The notes under the pieces were generated by a model that made no database searches, was not told where the DNA came from, and saw only the letters and a list, made by a program, of their open reading frames with translations. Made by a program: the position numbers and the translations under genes. Below are positions 1 through 13,592 of a stretch of 64,000 bases of DNA, piece by piece. How positions within the stretch are numbered: position 1 is the first letter of the stretch; each line of letters starts with the position of its first letter. This stretch comes from Capsulimonadaceae bacterium. GTDB lineage: Bacteria > Armatimonadota > Armatimonadia > Armatimonadales > Capsulimonadaceae. The DNA is taken from NCBI GenBank assembly GCA_965215505.1, contig OZ244065.1, positions 1,184,001 to 1,248,000 of the forward strand, read 5' to 3'.

Positions 1-1191
1 ACCTATACGGGAGTTATTCGGGGCAGCGCCTCCCTGCTGTTCTATCCGCCGGACCGTTCTACGCCACCCGCTGAGACGCCGGACCTGGTGCTGCCCCTGC
101 CGAGCGGCGGGGACGGCACGGCGGACGTGAGCGGGCTGGACGGCGCGCGGACCGAGACGTTCACCTTCCCGACCAATGTCGTGCGGGCTTATCTCGATCT
201 GGTCACCGAGAGCCAGGGGCGGGACGAGTTCTGGTATCTCGGTGTCCCCGATGCGCTGGCCTCCAAGCTCCAGACTTTCGGCGGGACGGCCTTCCGCGAG
301 GCCGAGGTGACGGTGGACGGCAGGCCTGCGGGCGTCGCGCCGGTCTACCCGTGGATCTATACCGGCGGCATGGACCCCTCACTGTGGCGTCCGATCCCCG
401 GCGTGCAGACATTGTCCTTCACCCCGTACCGCGTGAACCTGACGCCCTTCGCGGGCGTCTTCAGCGACGGCAGGCCGCACAAAATCGGCATCCGCGTCTT
501 CAACGGCGGCAGCTCGTTCTCGGTCGCGGGCGCGCTGTACCTGTACCGTGACCCCGCGCTGAAGGTCGTGCGCGGGGCGGTCACGACCGACACCTTGGGC
601 GCGGCCCCCACCTCGACTGTCGCGCAGAACATCGTCACGACAGGAGACGAGACCAGCGGCCCGGTCACGGTCTCCTCGACGCGGCGCTTCACCGTCGCCG
701 GGTATGTGGTGACCTCGCGGGGCCGTGTGGACACGCGCGTCGCCGAGGAGGTCAGTTTCGTCAGCGCCCAGCAGTTTGACCTCTCCCCCACCCGGTCGGT
801 CCAGAACCTTCGGCAGACAACGGACCTGTCGGCCACGACCACCACGCGCACCGGCTCACAGGTCGTGGTGCGGCGGCGGGCGCTCGCCTACCCGCTCTCG
901 ATCCTCTCCACCCGAATCACCCAGCCCGACAAGTCGGCCTCCCAAGGGATGACAGTCCGCCAAGCCTACCAGGTGACGGAGCGGGTGACCCGCAACGGCG
1001 TCCCCGTCTTCTCCAGCGCCCTGTCCGACGAAGTCACCCCATCCGACGCAATGAAGTTTGATGCGGCGGGCAAGTTCGCCGGGCGTCAGAGCAAGAGCGC
1101 GCAGACCTACACCTACACTGACTCGCAGGGGCAGAAATACCGGCGGACGGTCAAGGCGGTGAACGGGGTGGTGACGGGCATCAGCCCTTGA
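1..1191 (+). CDS. Peptide-N4-(N-acetyl-beta-glucosaminyl)asparagine amidase A (PNGase A)-family protein, 5' partial
   Basis: Frame is open from base 1; motifs DEFWY, FREAEVTVDG, PWIYTGG and WRPIPG resemble the PNGase A family. Confidence 0.75.
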   Translation, partial: TYTGVIRGSASLLFYPPDRSTPPAETPDLVLPLPSGGDGTADVSGLDGARTETFTFPTNVVRAYLDLVTESQGRDEFWYLGVPDALASKLQTFGGTAFREAEVTVDGRPAGVAPVYPWIYTGGMDPSLWRPIPGVQTLSFTPYRVNLTPFAGVFSDGRPHKIGIRVFNGGSSFSVAGALYLYRDPALKVVRGAVTTDTLGAAPTSTVAQNIVTTGDETSGPVTVSSTRRFTVAGYVVTSRGRVDTRVAEEVSFVSAQQFDLSPTRSVQNLRQTTDLSATTTTRTGSQVVVRRRALAYPLSILSTRITQPDKSASQGMTVRQAYQVTERVTRNGVPVFSSALSDEVTPSDAMKFDAAGKFAGRQSKSAQTYTYTDSQGQKYRRTVKAVNGVVTGISP

Positions 1192-1206
1192 AATGCGCCT
1201 CGGTTT

Positions 1207-1256
1207 ATGTTATAATTTGTTGTATTTTACAACTAGCCTGCAACAAATTATAACAT
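1207..1256. promoter_or_regulatory. 16-bp perfect inverted repeat, probable AbiEi operator overlapping a TATAAT box
   Basis: ATGTTATAATTTGTTG (1207-1222) and CAACAAATTATAACAT (1241-1256) lie directly before the abiEi start; AbiEi antitoxins are known to bind promoter inverted repeats. Confidence 0.75.
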
Positions 1257-1869
1257 GCCTCATCCTATCCCCAAAACGAAAGAAGAAGCCGTCAGCGACA
1301 TCATCGCTCAATCGGGGCTGCTGCGTCCCCGTGATCTGCGGGCGCAGGGGATCGCCGCAGAACACCTGCGGCGTCTGGTGCAGCGTGGTAAAGTGGAACG
1401 GGTGGGACGGGGCCTGTACCGGCTGCCAGATGCCGCCCTGACGGAACATCATTCTCTGGTGGAGGTCAACAAGCGCGTGCCGGGGGGGGTGATCTGCCTT
1501 GTCTCCGCACTGGCCTTTCACGGCCTGACCACGCAAATGCCCTATGACGTCTGGCTGATGATCGAGCGCCGCTCCCGCGCGCCCAAGATGGACTGGCCGC
1601 CCCTGCGTTTGTTCCGGGCGTCCGGGGAGTCGTTCACGGCCGGCGTCGAGGAGCATCAGGTTGAGGGCGTGACGGTGCGGGTGACAAGCCCCGCCAAGAC
1701 CGTCGCCGACGGGTTCAAGTATCGGAACAAGATGGGCCTAGAGGTGACCGTCGAGGCGCTGCGGGAATGCCTGCGGGAGAAGCGTTTTTCCCACGACACG
1801 CTGCACCACTTCGCCCACATCTGCGGTGTGGAGAACGTGATGCGGCCTTACCTGGAGGCCCTATCGTGA
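1255..1869 (+). CDS. abiEi: Type IV toxin-antitoxin AbiEi-family antitoxin
   Basis: N-terminal wHTH (VERVGRGLYRL), ICLVSALAFHGLT and PAKTVADGFKYRNK; stop overlaps the toxin start (GTGA). Confidence 0.85.
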   Translation: MPHPIPKTKEEAVSDIIAQSGLLRPRDLRAQGIAAEHLRRLVQRGKVERVGRGLYRLPDAALTEHHSLVEVNKRVPGGVICLVSALAFHGLTTQMPYDVWLMIERRSRAPKMDWPPLRLFRASGESFTAGVEEHQVEGVTVRVTSPAKTVADGFKYRNKMGLEVTVEALRECLREKRFSHDTLHHFAHICGVENVMRPYLEALS

Positions 1870-2734
1870 CGGGGGAAGAGGCACGGGCGGTTTCGCTCCG
1901 GCAGCGGCTGCTGAACAAGGCACGAACGGAGGGTGAGGAGTTCCAGCGCCTTCTGACCCGCTACGCTCTGGAACGCCTGCTTTATCGCCTGGGCCGGTCC
2001 GACTACAGAGACCGCTTCATACTGAAAGGCGCGCTGTTGTTTTCCGTATGGACGGCACGCCCGCACCGCAGTACCAGAGACCTAGACCTGCTGGGATTTG
2101 GTGAGCATTCCGTCGAGGCGCTTGCGACGGTCTTCGGCGATCTCTGCCGCATCCCAGCGGAGGAAGACGGACTGGACTTCGACGCGGACACCATTGGCGC
2201 GCGGGAGATCCGGGAGCAGAGCGAGTACGGCGGCATCCGCGTGACGCTGACTGCCAGCCTGGCGGGGGCGCGGATACCCTTGCAGGTGGATGTCGGCTTT
2301 GGGGATGCCGTTACGCCGCCTGCGAGAGAAGTAGACTACCCCACATTGCTGGACATGCCCGCACCGCGTGTAAAGGCTTATCCGCCGGAAACCGTCATGG
2401 CCGAGAAGCTGGAGGCGCTGGTCAGGCTGGGCATGGAAACAGCCGCATGAAAGATTTCTACGATTTGTGGGTTCTATCCCGTGAGTTCGTCATGGATCAA
2501 GCAGTCTTGACGGCAGCCGTCCGTGCCACGTTCGCGCGTCGCCGGACGCCTCTCCCGCAGGAACCCCCTGTGGCGCTGACCGCGACGTTCGCCTCCGACC
2601 TCGCGAAACAGGCGCAATGGGCGGCATTCGTCCGGCGCAGTTTAGCGCCGGACGAAGTCGCGCCGACTTTAGCCGATCTCATCCTCCACATCAACCGGTT
2701 CCTAATGCCTCTGCTCGTACAGACTATTTCTTGA
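1866..2734 (+). pseudogene. abiEii: AbiEii/AbiGii nucleotidyltransferase toxin, frameshifted at ~2437-2439
   Basis: FILKGALL, HRSTRDLDL and AEKLEAL motifs; adding one A to the AAA at 2437-2439 restores the conserved ENSRMKDFYD and joins the two ORFs. Confidence 0.8.
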
Positions 2735-2746
2735 GGCATTATGTGT

Positions 2747-5628
<2,882 letters not shown>

Positions 5629-5632
<4 letters not shown>

Positions 5633-7164
5633 GGCTTGCTTTGCTGCTTCCTGACGGGCGCTCCGTCGTAGTAGTAGGCGGCCTCGTCCACGACGGCCGC
5701 ACTGCTCTTGTCGGTCAGGCGCAGGGGGCTGGGGACCTTCTGCAAGACGCCCTTGTCGGCCAGCCATTCGTAGACGCCGCACAGGCTGCCGGTTTGGGCC
5801 TGTTTTTTGAAGTAGCCGTCCATTTCGCTCGTCGTCCGGACGCCGCCCGCGTCGGCGAGGTAGTCCAGGACGGGGCCGAAAAGGGCAGCCAGGCGCTGGT
5901 CCAGATAGCCGCTGATGCAGTCGAGCGCGGCCTGAATGACGCCCGCATCTTTGGTGCCGTGGATCAGGTCGGTGTAAACGGACCCGAAGAAGGCCGGATT
6001 GAGGCGCAGGGCCTCCTGGACCGCTTCGCGGCCCGTGGGCTTGCCGTGCAGGAGCGTCTCGATCTTGGCAAGGCTGTCTACGGAATACATGATCCAGAGG
6101 AAGCTGTATTCGACATCGCGCTTGACGTAGTGCCATTTCTCGGCCTTCGCCAGGGTGCTAAGGACGCCGTTGGCGGCTTTCAGGAGCTGCATGTCGCGGT
6201 CGCGGGTCCCCAGCGTGTCCAGGTTGGCGTAGTGTTCGCGGATGGTCTCGTCGGTCGTATAGAGCAGGGTGCTTCTGGCGAAAGACGAGTGGAAGAACGA
6301 GTTCTGGAGTGCGCCCTGGACGAGGGACTTGAACTTGTTACGGGGCATGACGGTGGCGTGGATGTTGACGCCGTTCTCCACCAGGCAGAAGTCGCGCTCG
6401 GGCTGCTTGTCGGTGCGGCTGATCAGGACGATGTCGATGTCGGACTTGCGCCAGACCTGGTCGTGGGACAGGCTGCCGAACAGCAGGACGGCGATGATGC
6501 TGCGGTCGGTCTTCACCCTGCCCACGAACGATTCCAAAGCTTCGTTGTAGAGCGCGACGGTGCCGGCGAAGCCGTCGTCGTTGGAGGGGCGGCGCTGCCG
6601 GAGCGCGTCTTGTACCATGTGAAGCATCCTTTCCCGCAGCCGCTGCCGGGCCGAATAGAGCCGCTTTTTGACCGTCGTGAGCGGCACCTCCAGGAAGGCG
6701 GCGATGTCGGCCTGCGAGTAGTCCTTGATGTAGAAGAGTGCCGTGACCAGGCGCTCGTGCTCGGGCAAGCCTAGGATAGCATCGCGCACCTCATCCCGAG
6801 TTTCGCACCGGGCGACCGTCTGATACGGGTCGCCGTCCGGGGAGGCCAGGTCGCCGAGCGAGTCGAGCGGCACCGTGTCCAAACTCGCGCCGCGCGTCTG
6901 CCGGTGGCAGTGGGTCAGGACGATGCGCCGCAGCCAGCCGGGGAAGGCTTCAGGCGTCCGCAACTGGTCCAGGTGCCGCCAGGCGGTCAGGAACGCCTCC
7001 TGGGCGGCGTCCTCGGCCTGCCCGAAGTCGCCCAGGACGCCGTAGGCGCAGGCGAACGCGAGGTCCTGGAACCGGCGCACGATCCGGTCGAAGGCCTGAT
7101 GCTTGTCGCCGTCCGCCCCACGCGCGGCGGCGGCCTGTGTGATGAGGCGCGCAAGATCGTCCAT
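5629..7164 (-). CDS. ECF sigma factor fused to a Pol-beta-type (YgxA-like) nucleotidyltransferase domain
   Basis: Sigma region 2 ([11 protein letters not shown]) and region 4 ([21 protein letters not shown]), followed by [24 protein letters not shown] overlap with uvrA. Confidence 0.8.
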
Positions 7165-7321
7165 TTGTGTTCCGCCTGGTGTCCTGAGAAGAAGAGCCTG
7201 CTGCTGGGCGAAAGGATACCGCATTTGCGGCGCGGAATGAAAATCGTTTCGTGCAGGACTCGCCGCCGCCCGTCGCGAAAGATGGGGGCAACGCTGTCAA
7301 TCGCGACAAGGAGCCTTTGCA

Positions 7322-8824
7322 ATGCCTGCAACGCTGGAAAAAGAGATGGTCGGAACAGAGATGGTCGGGGACGTGGAACTGGAAGAGGGCGCGACGCCCG
7401 ACGTGGTAGAAGAAGAACAGTCGGGGCACATCGCCCACTCTAAGTCGGCGGAGGAGAAGGGCCTGCCGGGGCTGATGCGCCGGCCCATCAAGGTCACGGT
7501 CATGGGCGCGGGGTCCGGGTTCACCCCCACCCTCGTGCGGGACGTGCTGCAAATCCCCGGCGAGCAGGGCGGGACCATCGCGCTCGTGGACATTGACGCT
7601 AGCCGCCTGGACACGATGCACAAGCTGATCCAGAAGGTCACCGAGTTCCAGGGCAAGACGAACTGGAAAGTGGAGTCGTCAGTGGACCGGACCGAGGTGC
7701 TGGCGGGGAGCGACTACATCATCATCTGCGTCGAGGTCAGCGGGACCGGGACCGTGCGCTTTGACAACGACATCCCCCTCAAATACGGCGTCTCCCAGTG
7801 CATCGGGGACACCATCGGACCGGGCGGCCTTTTTAAGTCATTAAGAACCATCCCCGTCTGGCTGGACATCTTGCAGGACGCCGAGCGACTCTGCCCGCAG
7901 GCCATAGTCCTGAACTACACCAACCCCATGTCCATGATGTGCCTGGCGGCGGCCCGGACGTCGTTCCTGCCCGTCGTCGGCCTGTGCCACTCGGTCCAGG
8001 GGACGGGGCACCTGCTGGCGGGGCGCGCGGGTGTCCCCTACGAGGAGATGGTCTGGGAGTGCGCCGGCATCAACCACCTGGCCTGGTTCACCAAATTGGA
8101 GCATAAAGGCGAGAGCCTGTACCCCATCCTGATGGAGAAGGCGCAGAACGACGTCTACGGTACGGGCGAGGGCCGCGAGGACGGGGACATCGTCCGCAAG
8201 GACATGATGCTGCACTTCGGCGCGTTCATCACCGAGTCCTCGGGCCACCTGTCCGAGTACCTGCCCTACTACCGCAAGCGTCAGGACCTCATCGAGAAGT
8301 ACACCCGGAACGGCTACGACGGCACGACCTCGTTCTACGCCGACAACTGGCCGACCTGGCGCAAGAACGCCGACGAGACGCGGCTGAAAATGCTGAACGG
8401 CGAGATCGGCCTGGAGCAGAAGCGGTCCTGGGAGTATGGCTCGTGGATCATCGAGGCGCGCGAGAAGGACGTCCCGCACCGCATCCACGGCAACGTCATG
8501 AACTCGAACGGCGACGGGTCCGGCACTCTGATCTCCAACCTGCCCGCCGACGGCATCGTCGAGGTGGCCTGCATGATTGACGCCAACGGCATCAACCCCA
8601 CCCGCTTCGGGGCTTTGCCGCCGCAGATGGCCGCGTTGTGCGACTGGAACATGCGGATGTACGACCTGGGGGCGACGGCGGCCATCGAGCGCAGCAAGGA
8701 GGCCGCCATCCACGCCCTGATGCTCGACCCTTTGTGCGCCGCCTGCTGCTCCCCCGCCGAGATCAAGGCCATGACATTGGAGATGTTCGAGGCCGAGGCC
8801 GAGTATCTGCCGGGGTATAAGTAG
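7322..8824 (+). CDS. melA: GH4 NAD-dependent alpha-galactosidase
   Basis: MGAGS, GDTIGPGG, NYTNP, GLCHS, GINH and TESSGH motifs. Confidence 0.85.
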   Translation: MPATLEKEMVGTEMVGDVELEEGATPDVVEEEQSGHIAHSKSAEEKGLPGLMRRPIKVTVMGAGSGFTPTLVRDVLQIPGEQGGTIALVDIDASRLDTMHKLIQKVTEFQGKTNWKVESSVDRTEVLAGSDYIIICVEVSGTGTVRFDNDIPLKYGVSQCIGDTIGPGGLFKSLRTIPVWLDILQDAERLCPQAIVLNYTNPMSMMCLAAARTSFLPVVGLCHSVQGTGHLLAGRAGVPYEEMVWECAGINHLAWFTKLEHKGESLYPILMEKAQNDVYGTGEGREDGDIVRKDMMLHFGAFITESSGHLSEYLPYYRKRQDLIEKYTRNGYDGTTSFYADNWPTWRKNADETRLKMLNGEIGLEQKRSWEYGSWIIEAREKDVPHRIHGNVMNSNGDGSGTLISNLPADGIVEVACMIDANGINPTRFGALPPQMAALCDWNMRMYDLGATAAIERSKEAAIHALMLDPLCAACCSPAEIKAMTLEMFEAEAEYLPGYK

Positions 8825-8991
8825 ACCTAACCCCGGCGCGAGCGGGGATCAACCGCACCCGACCGCCCCTCCCCTGAAAGGGAAGGGGCGAGAGGGGCGC
8901 GGGCCGTGCGGGTAGTCGCGCGGACTGCGCCCCTCTCGCTGTCGCGCCAGTGCCCGACGGGACACTGCGCTTGCCACAAACCAGGAAGACT

Positions 8992-10026
8992 ATGATCCCA
9001 GCCACAAAACACAGGACTAGGCACCATTTAGTGGCCCAGGTGTTCGCCTTCTGCTTCCTGTTCGCGTATTGTGGTCATACCTTTGCGGATGGCGTCCATC
9101 AGTATGTGTTCTTCGACACCGAGAGGGGCAGGATCCGCGCTTCAACTTTCCTAAGCACCAAGGCTCTGGAAGGCGCTCAACTCAAGTACACATGGCGGGA
9201 GCTAGAGCCGGAACCGGATGTCTATGACTTCCGCGCCATCCGCGACGACCTGGCGTTCCTGACCTCGAAAAAGAAGAGACTCTTCATCCAGATTCAGGAC
9301 GTCACCTTCGCCCCATCATTCATCTGCATCCCGAGATATCTGCTACATGACGCCCGGTTCCACGGCGGGGCCGAGAAGCAGTATCAGATCACCGGGACTG
9401 ATGAGGCACACGCCACCGTGGAGGGCTGGGTCGCCCGGCGGTGGGACGCGGCGGTACAGGAACGGTTTGGCAGACTGCTTTCTGCGTTAGGGAAAGAGTT
9501 CGACGGCAGGATTGAAGGCATCAATCTGGCGGAGACGGCGGTTGATTTCGGCGACACCGGACGTTTGTTCCCGAAGGACTTTACCCCGGCGGCATATCGG
9601 GACGCTGTCCTGACAAACATGGCTGTTCTGAAGCGCGCTTTCCCAAAGTCAGTGACCATGCAGTACGCCAACTTCATGCCGGGGGAGTGGCTTCCGGGTC
9701 AGGATCGGCATTATCTTCGTAGTATATACCAGAGGGCGAGGGAGCTAAAGGTCGGTGTGGGAGGCCCGGACCTGCTGCCGTACAAGCCGGGGCAGAGGCA
9801 CCACAGCTACCCGCTCATCCGTGCCAGTCATGGGATCATCCCCACCGGCGTTGCGGTGCAGGAGGGTAACTACGGAGACAGGAACCCTAAGACCGGCAAG
9901 GCTATGACAATTGCTGGTCTCCTAGAGTTTGCGAAGGGATACTTGAGGGTGGATTACATTTTCTGGTGTACGGAGGAGCCATTCTACTCAAAGAAATTGC
10001 TGCCGTTCCTGAACAGCGGACGGTAG
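8992..10026 (+). CDS. Secreted hypothetical protein, possible glycoside-hydrolase-like TIM barrel
   Basis: Long ORF with signal-like N-terminus; YTWRELEP and EGINLAET motifs. Confidence 0.55.
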   Translation: MIPATKHRTRHHLVAQVFAFCFLFAYCGHTFADGVHQYVFFDTERGRIRASTFLSTKALEGAQLKYTWRELEPEPDVYDFRAIRDDLAFLTSKKKRLFIQIQDVTFAPSFICIPRYLLHDARFHGGAEKQYQITGTDEAHATVEGWVARRWDAAVQERFGRLLSALGKEFDGRIEGINLAETAVDFGDTGRLFPKDFTPAAYRDAVLTNMAVLKRAFPKSVTMQYANFMPGEWLPGQDRHYLRSIYQRARELKVGVGGPDLLPYKPGQRHHSYPLIRASHGIIPTGVAVQEGNYGDRNPKTGKAMTIAGLLEFAKGYLRVDYIFWCTEEPFYSKKLLPFLNSGR

Positions 10027-10201
10027 TGTTTTCTATCCCACGCTCGCAGTTTCAGCTCGGGGATCGTATTGACCGCGTGTACTATAGCGAAAGCCAAACA
10101 GCAAGCGCGGGAGCTGGCCCTGCGAGAATCCATCCATGCCGCCATGTTCGCCCAGCCGCTCGCGCGGCGCAGGGTGCAGCCTACGGCCTGGCTCGTCGGC
10201 G

Positions 10202-12682
10202 TCAGCGGCACTGGGGAGACGGTTCGGCGACCTCCATCTCTTGGGCCTGCTCGTCGCGCTGTGCTTTGAGGAACGCCGCCACGCACTCGGGGTCCCACTG
10301 TGTCCCCGCCCCTTCCGCGAGGATCGCCAGTGCCTTCGCCTTGCCGGTACTCTTGCGGTAGGGGCGGTCGGTCGTCATCGCGCTGAAGGCGTCGGCGACG
10401 GCCATCAGGCGGGCGATGAGGGGGGTCTCCTCCCCGCGCAGGCCGGACGGGTAGCCGTCCCCGTCCCAGCGTTCGTGGTGGTGGCGGACGGCGTCCAGCG
10501 TCTTCTCGAAGCCCGGCACGGCACCCACGATGGCCGCGCCCATGACGGGGTGCTGCCGGACCGCCTCGAATTCCGTGTCCGACAGGCGGCCCGGTTTGCG
10601 TAGAACATGGTCCGGGACCCCGACTTTGCCCACATCGTGCAGCAGGGCGGCCACCGCCACCGTATGCTGGGCCTCCTCGTCAAACCCGAGTGCCCCGGCG
10701 ATCTGAAGGCAGTAGGTCAGGACATCCTCGGAGTGGCGGCGCGTGTAGCGGTCCTTGGTGTCCACGGCGGTCACCAGGGCGCAGAGCATCGCGAAACCCG
10801 TGGCGGACGACTCCGGCAGCCGCGCCCGCAGCCCGGCGATCAGGTCTTCCGCCTCGCCCGCGCCCGATTTCGTCCGGCGCAGCCGCTCGTCAGCCAGTGC
10901 CACGGTATCGGCGCGGGTGGCGGCCTCGCTCGGGAACACGGCGATCCCGAGCGACGCACTGATGGGGATGGCCGTGTCGCAGCCCGGCGGGCGGTAGCCG
11001 ATGTGCGCCAGCCTTTCCCCCAGCCTCTCCCGCAGCCCCTCCGCCAACGCCGGGGCTTCCGCTTCTCCCGGCAGCAGCAGGGCGAACTCGTCACCGCCGA
11101 AGCGGGCCAGTGTGTCATAAGAGCGGGCACAGGCCGCGAGGGCGGCGGCGACCCGGCGCAGAACGTCGTCCCCGGCGGCGTGGCCATAGGCGTCGTTGAA
11201 GAACTTGAAGTTGTTCAGGTCCAGCATCACCACGGTCAGCGAGCCGCCCTCGCGCTGCGCGCGGTCGGCCTCCTCCTCCAGACGCCGGTGGAAAGCCCGG
11301 TGGTTCCAGAGTCCCGTCAGCGGGTCCCGATCCGCCCGCTCCAGGGCCTCCGCGAGCAGCGCCTCGCGCTGCCCCTCGGCGGCCTTGCGGGCGGTGATGT
11401 CGCGCTGGACGGAGACCCAGTGGGTGTACCAGCCGTCTTCGTTGGCGATCGGGACGATATTGAGGTCCACCCAGAACTCGGTCCCGTCCTTGCGGTAGTT
11501 CAGAATCTCCACATGGCACGGCTTCCACTTTTTGAGGGCCTTGCCGATGAAGGCCTTGACGGCGGGGTCGGACCCAGGCCCCTGGAGCATCCGCGGCGTC
11601 CCGCCGATGGCCTCCTCGGCCCGGTAGCCGGTGTGACGGGTGAAGGCCGGGTTGACGTAGACGATGCGCGGGCCGGGCAGTCCGACCGGCTCGGCCTCGG
11701 TGATGACGACCACGTCGTTTGCGTTCTCCACCGCCGTTTCCAGCAGGCGCAGCCGCTCATCGGCCTTTTTCCGCTCCGTGATGTCGCGGGAGATGCCGAT
11801 GATGCCGATGGCCTCGCCCTGCTCATCTCGGCAGACGTCTTTAGTGCTGAGGTAGGTCCGGGGGATGCCGCCGACGATCTCGGTGTCTTCATAAGTGTAG
11901 GAGGCACCCGACAGCAAAACCCGCCGGTCATTGGCCTGCGTCTGTGCGGCGGCAGGGGCGGGGAAAAGCTGGGCGTCGTCCCGGCCGATGATCTGGGCCA
12001 CGTCCCGGCCGAGGAAGCGCGCCCCGGCGGCGTTAATCATCTGGTAGCGGCCTTGCAGGTCTTTCAGGAAGATGGCGTCCGTCGTCCCCTCCACGACGGC
12101 GCGGAGCAGACTGTCCTTCTCGCGCTGCAAGGCGGCGTGGCGGCGCAGCTCGATCTGTGTCACCACCAGGCGGCCCAGGGCGAGAAGGGTGGCCTGGTGT
12201 TCGGGCGTCAGCCGGCGCGGCTTCCGGTCAATGACGCAGAGTGAACCGAGTGCGTGCCCTTCCGCAGTCACGAGCGGGACCCCGGCGTAGGAGCGGATGT
12301 GAGGTTCGCCCGTCACCAGCGGATTGCTGAAGAAGCGCGGGTCGGCGGCGGCATCGGGAACGAGGAATATCTCCTGCTGCTGGATGGCGTGGGCACAGAA
12401 CGACACCTCCCGAGACGTCTCACAGACGTCCAGGCCGACGCGCGACTTGAACCACTGGCGGTCCTCGTCCACCAGGGTGATCAAAGCGATCGGCGCATCA
12501 CAGGCTTGGGCAGCCAGACGGGTGATGTCGTCATAGGCCTGTTCTGCTGCGGTGTCAAGGAGGTGCAGCGCGCGCAAGGCGTTAAGCCGGTCCGCCTCGC
12601 TGCCTCCTAAGCACGGCGGTGCCCCAGGTTCGGGCTGTGCCTCGGCAGGGATGAGGGTTTTCAGGGTATGATGGGGTGGCAT
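10202..12682 (-). CDS. GAF-PAS-PAS-GGDEF-HD-GYP c-di-GMP signalling protein
   Basis: GAF (SFCAHAI), two PAS/PAC domains, intact GGDEF, HDVGK, HHERWDG.GYP. Confidence 0.9.
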   Translation of the reverse strand: MPPHHTLKTLIPAEAQPEPGAPPCLGGSEADRLNALRALHLLDTAAEQAYDDITRLAAQACDAPIALITLVDEDRQWFKSRVGLDVCETSREVSFCAHAIQQQEIFLVPDAAADPRFFSNPLVTGEPHIRSYAGVPLVTAEGHALGSLCVIDRKPRRLTPEHQATLLALGRLVVTQIELRRHAALQREKDSLLRAVVEGTTDAIFLKDLQGRYQMINAAGARFLGRDVAQIIGRDDAQLFPAPAAAQTQANDRRVLLSGASYTYEDTEIVGGIPRTYLSTKDVCRDEQGEAIGIIGISRDITERKKADERLRLLETAVENANDVVVITEAEPVGLPGPRIVYVNPAFTRHTGYRAEEAIGGTPRMLQGPGSDPAVKAFIGKALKKWKPCHVEILNYRKDGTEFWVDLNIVPIANEDGWYTHWVSVQRDITARKAAEGQREALLAEALERADRDPLTGLWNHRAFHRRLEEEADRAQREGGSLTVVMLDLNNFKFFNDAYGHAAGDDVLRRVAAALAACARSYDTLARFGGDEFALLLPGEAEAPALAEGLRERLGERLAHIGYRPPGCDTAIPISASLGIAVFPSEAATRADTVALADERLRRTKSGAGEAEDLIAGLRARLPESSATGFAMLCALVTAVDTKDRYTRRHSEDVLTYCLQIAGALGFDEEAQHTVAVAALLHDVGKVGVPDHVLRKPGRLSDTEFEAVRQHPVMGAAIVGAVPGFEKTLDAVRHHHERWDGDGYPSGLRGEETPLIARLMAVADAFSAMTTDRPYRKSTGKAKALAILAEGAGTQWDPECVAAFLKAQRDEQAQEMEVAEPSPQCR

Positions 12683-12873
12683 GGAGACAGAACGACTTTC
12701 AGGTCTGCATCATAGGTGCAATCTTGGGGTGCTGCCTGAATTATGTGCTTTCCACAGAAGAATCTTAAGGGGGGGTTCATCGGATCACTGTTCTATTCTC
12801 GTTTCCCCGTTCAAGAGGATAGGAAACCACGGCGCGAAAAAGCCCCCTCGAGCCGTGAGGATTTAGAGAAGCC

Positions 12874-13521
12874 TTGACAAACACCTTGAAATCTCCCACC
12901 GCAGACCGGACCGCGTTGATCTCGGACATCCACGGCCACTATGCGGGCCTTCTTGCCGTGTTGGCCGATGCGCGGGCGGTAGGATGCGGGCGCGTCCTCT
13001 GTCTGGGCGATTTGGTGGACGGCGGGGATGGGGATGAGGAGGTCGTGCGCTTGGCGCGCGACCATCATATGCCGACGGTGCGCGGCAACCACGACGAGAC
13101 GAACAGCCTGACTCTGGCGGGGGACGTGCGGGCCTTCCTAGACGCACTGCCGGAGGAGATTCGTGAGGGCGACACTCTCTACACGCACATCTCGCCGCGC
13201 CGGAAGAAGGCGAAGATATTGGACGTGTATGAGGCGTGGAACGTGTTCGGGGAAACGGACGCACGGCTGGTGTTCGTCGGCCATGCCCATATTCCACTGC
13301 TATTCGGGGAATGGAGCGGTCACGCCTGTGAGGCGACGGAATACGCACTGACGGCGAACGCGCCGGTGACGCTGGACCCGGACGACCGGTACATCGTCTG
13401 CGTAGGGGCCGTCGGGTACAGCCGGGATGGGATCGCGAAGCCGCGCTACGCGATCTATGACGCCGAGGCTGGAACGGTGGAAAGCCGGGTGGTGGACGCG
13501 CCGATCCTACCGTTAGGCTGA
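12874..13521 (+). CDS. Metallophosphoesterase family protein
   Basis: SDIHG, LGDLVD, GNHD and GHAH motifs. Confidence 0.85.
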   Translation: MTNTLKSPTADRTALISDIHGHYAGLLAVLADARAVGCGRVLCLGDLVDGGDGDEEVVRLARDHHMPTVRGNHDETNSLTLAGDVRAFLDALPEEIREGDTLYTHISPRRKKAKILDVYEAWNVFGETDARLVFVGHAHIPLLFGEWSGHACEATEYALTANAPVTLDPDDRYIVCVGAVGYSRDGIAKPRYAIYDAEAGTVESRVVDAPILPLG

Positions 13522-13532
13522 GGGGGACAAGA

Positions 13533-13565
13533 CGACGGCGGCTCCCTTTGGAGCCGCCGCCGTTG
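13533..13565. terminator. GC-rich hairpin between convergent genes
   Basis: GGCGGCTCC-CTTT-GGAGCCGCC. Confidence 0.5.
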
Positions 13566-13592
13566 TTACGCCTGCCGTGTGGCCGGGGCGCG

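Noticed and set aside
5633-6136. 168-aa N-terminal extension of UvrA in the ORF track
   Set aside because: It overlaps the sigma-NTase gene in another frame; the ATGA junction marks the start at 5632
10027-10201. Short ORFs between the GH-like gene and the GGDEF gene
   Set aside because: No RBS or motif support; possibly a gene remnant
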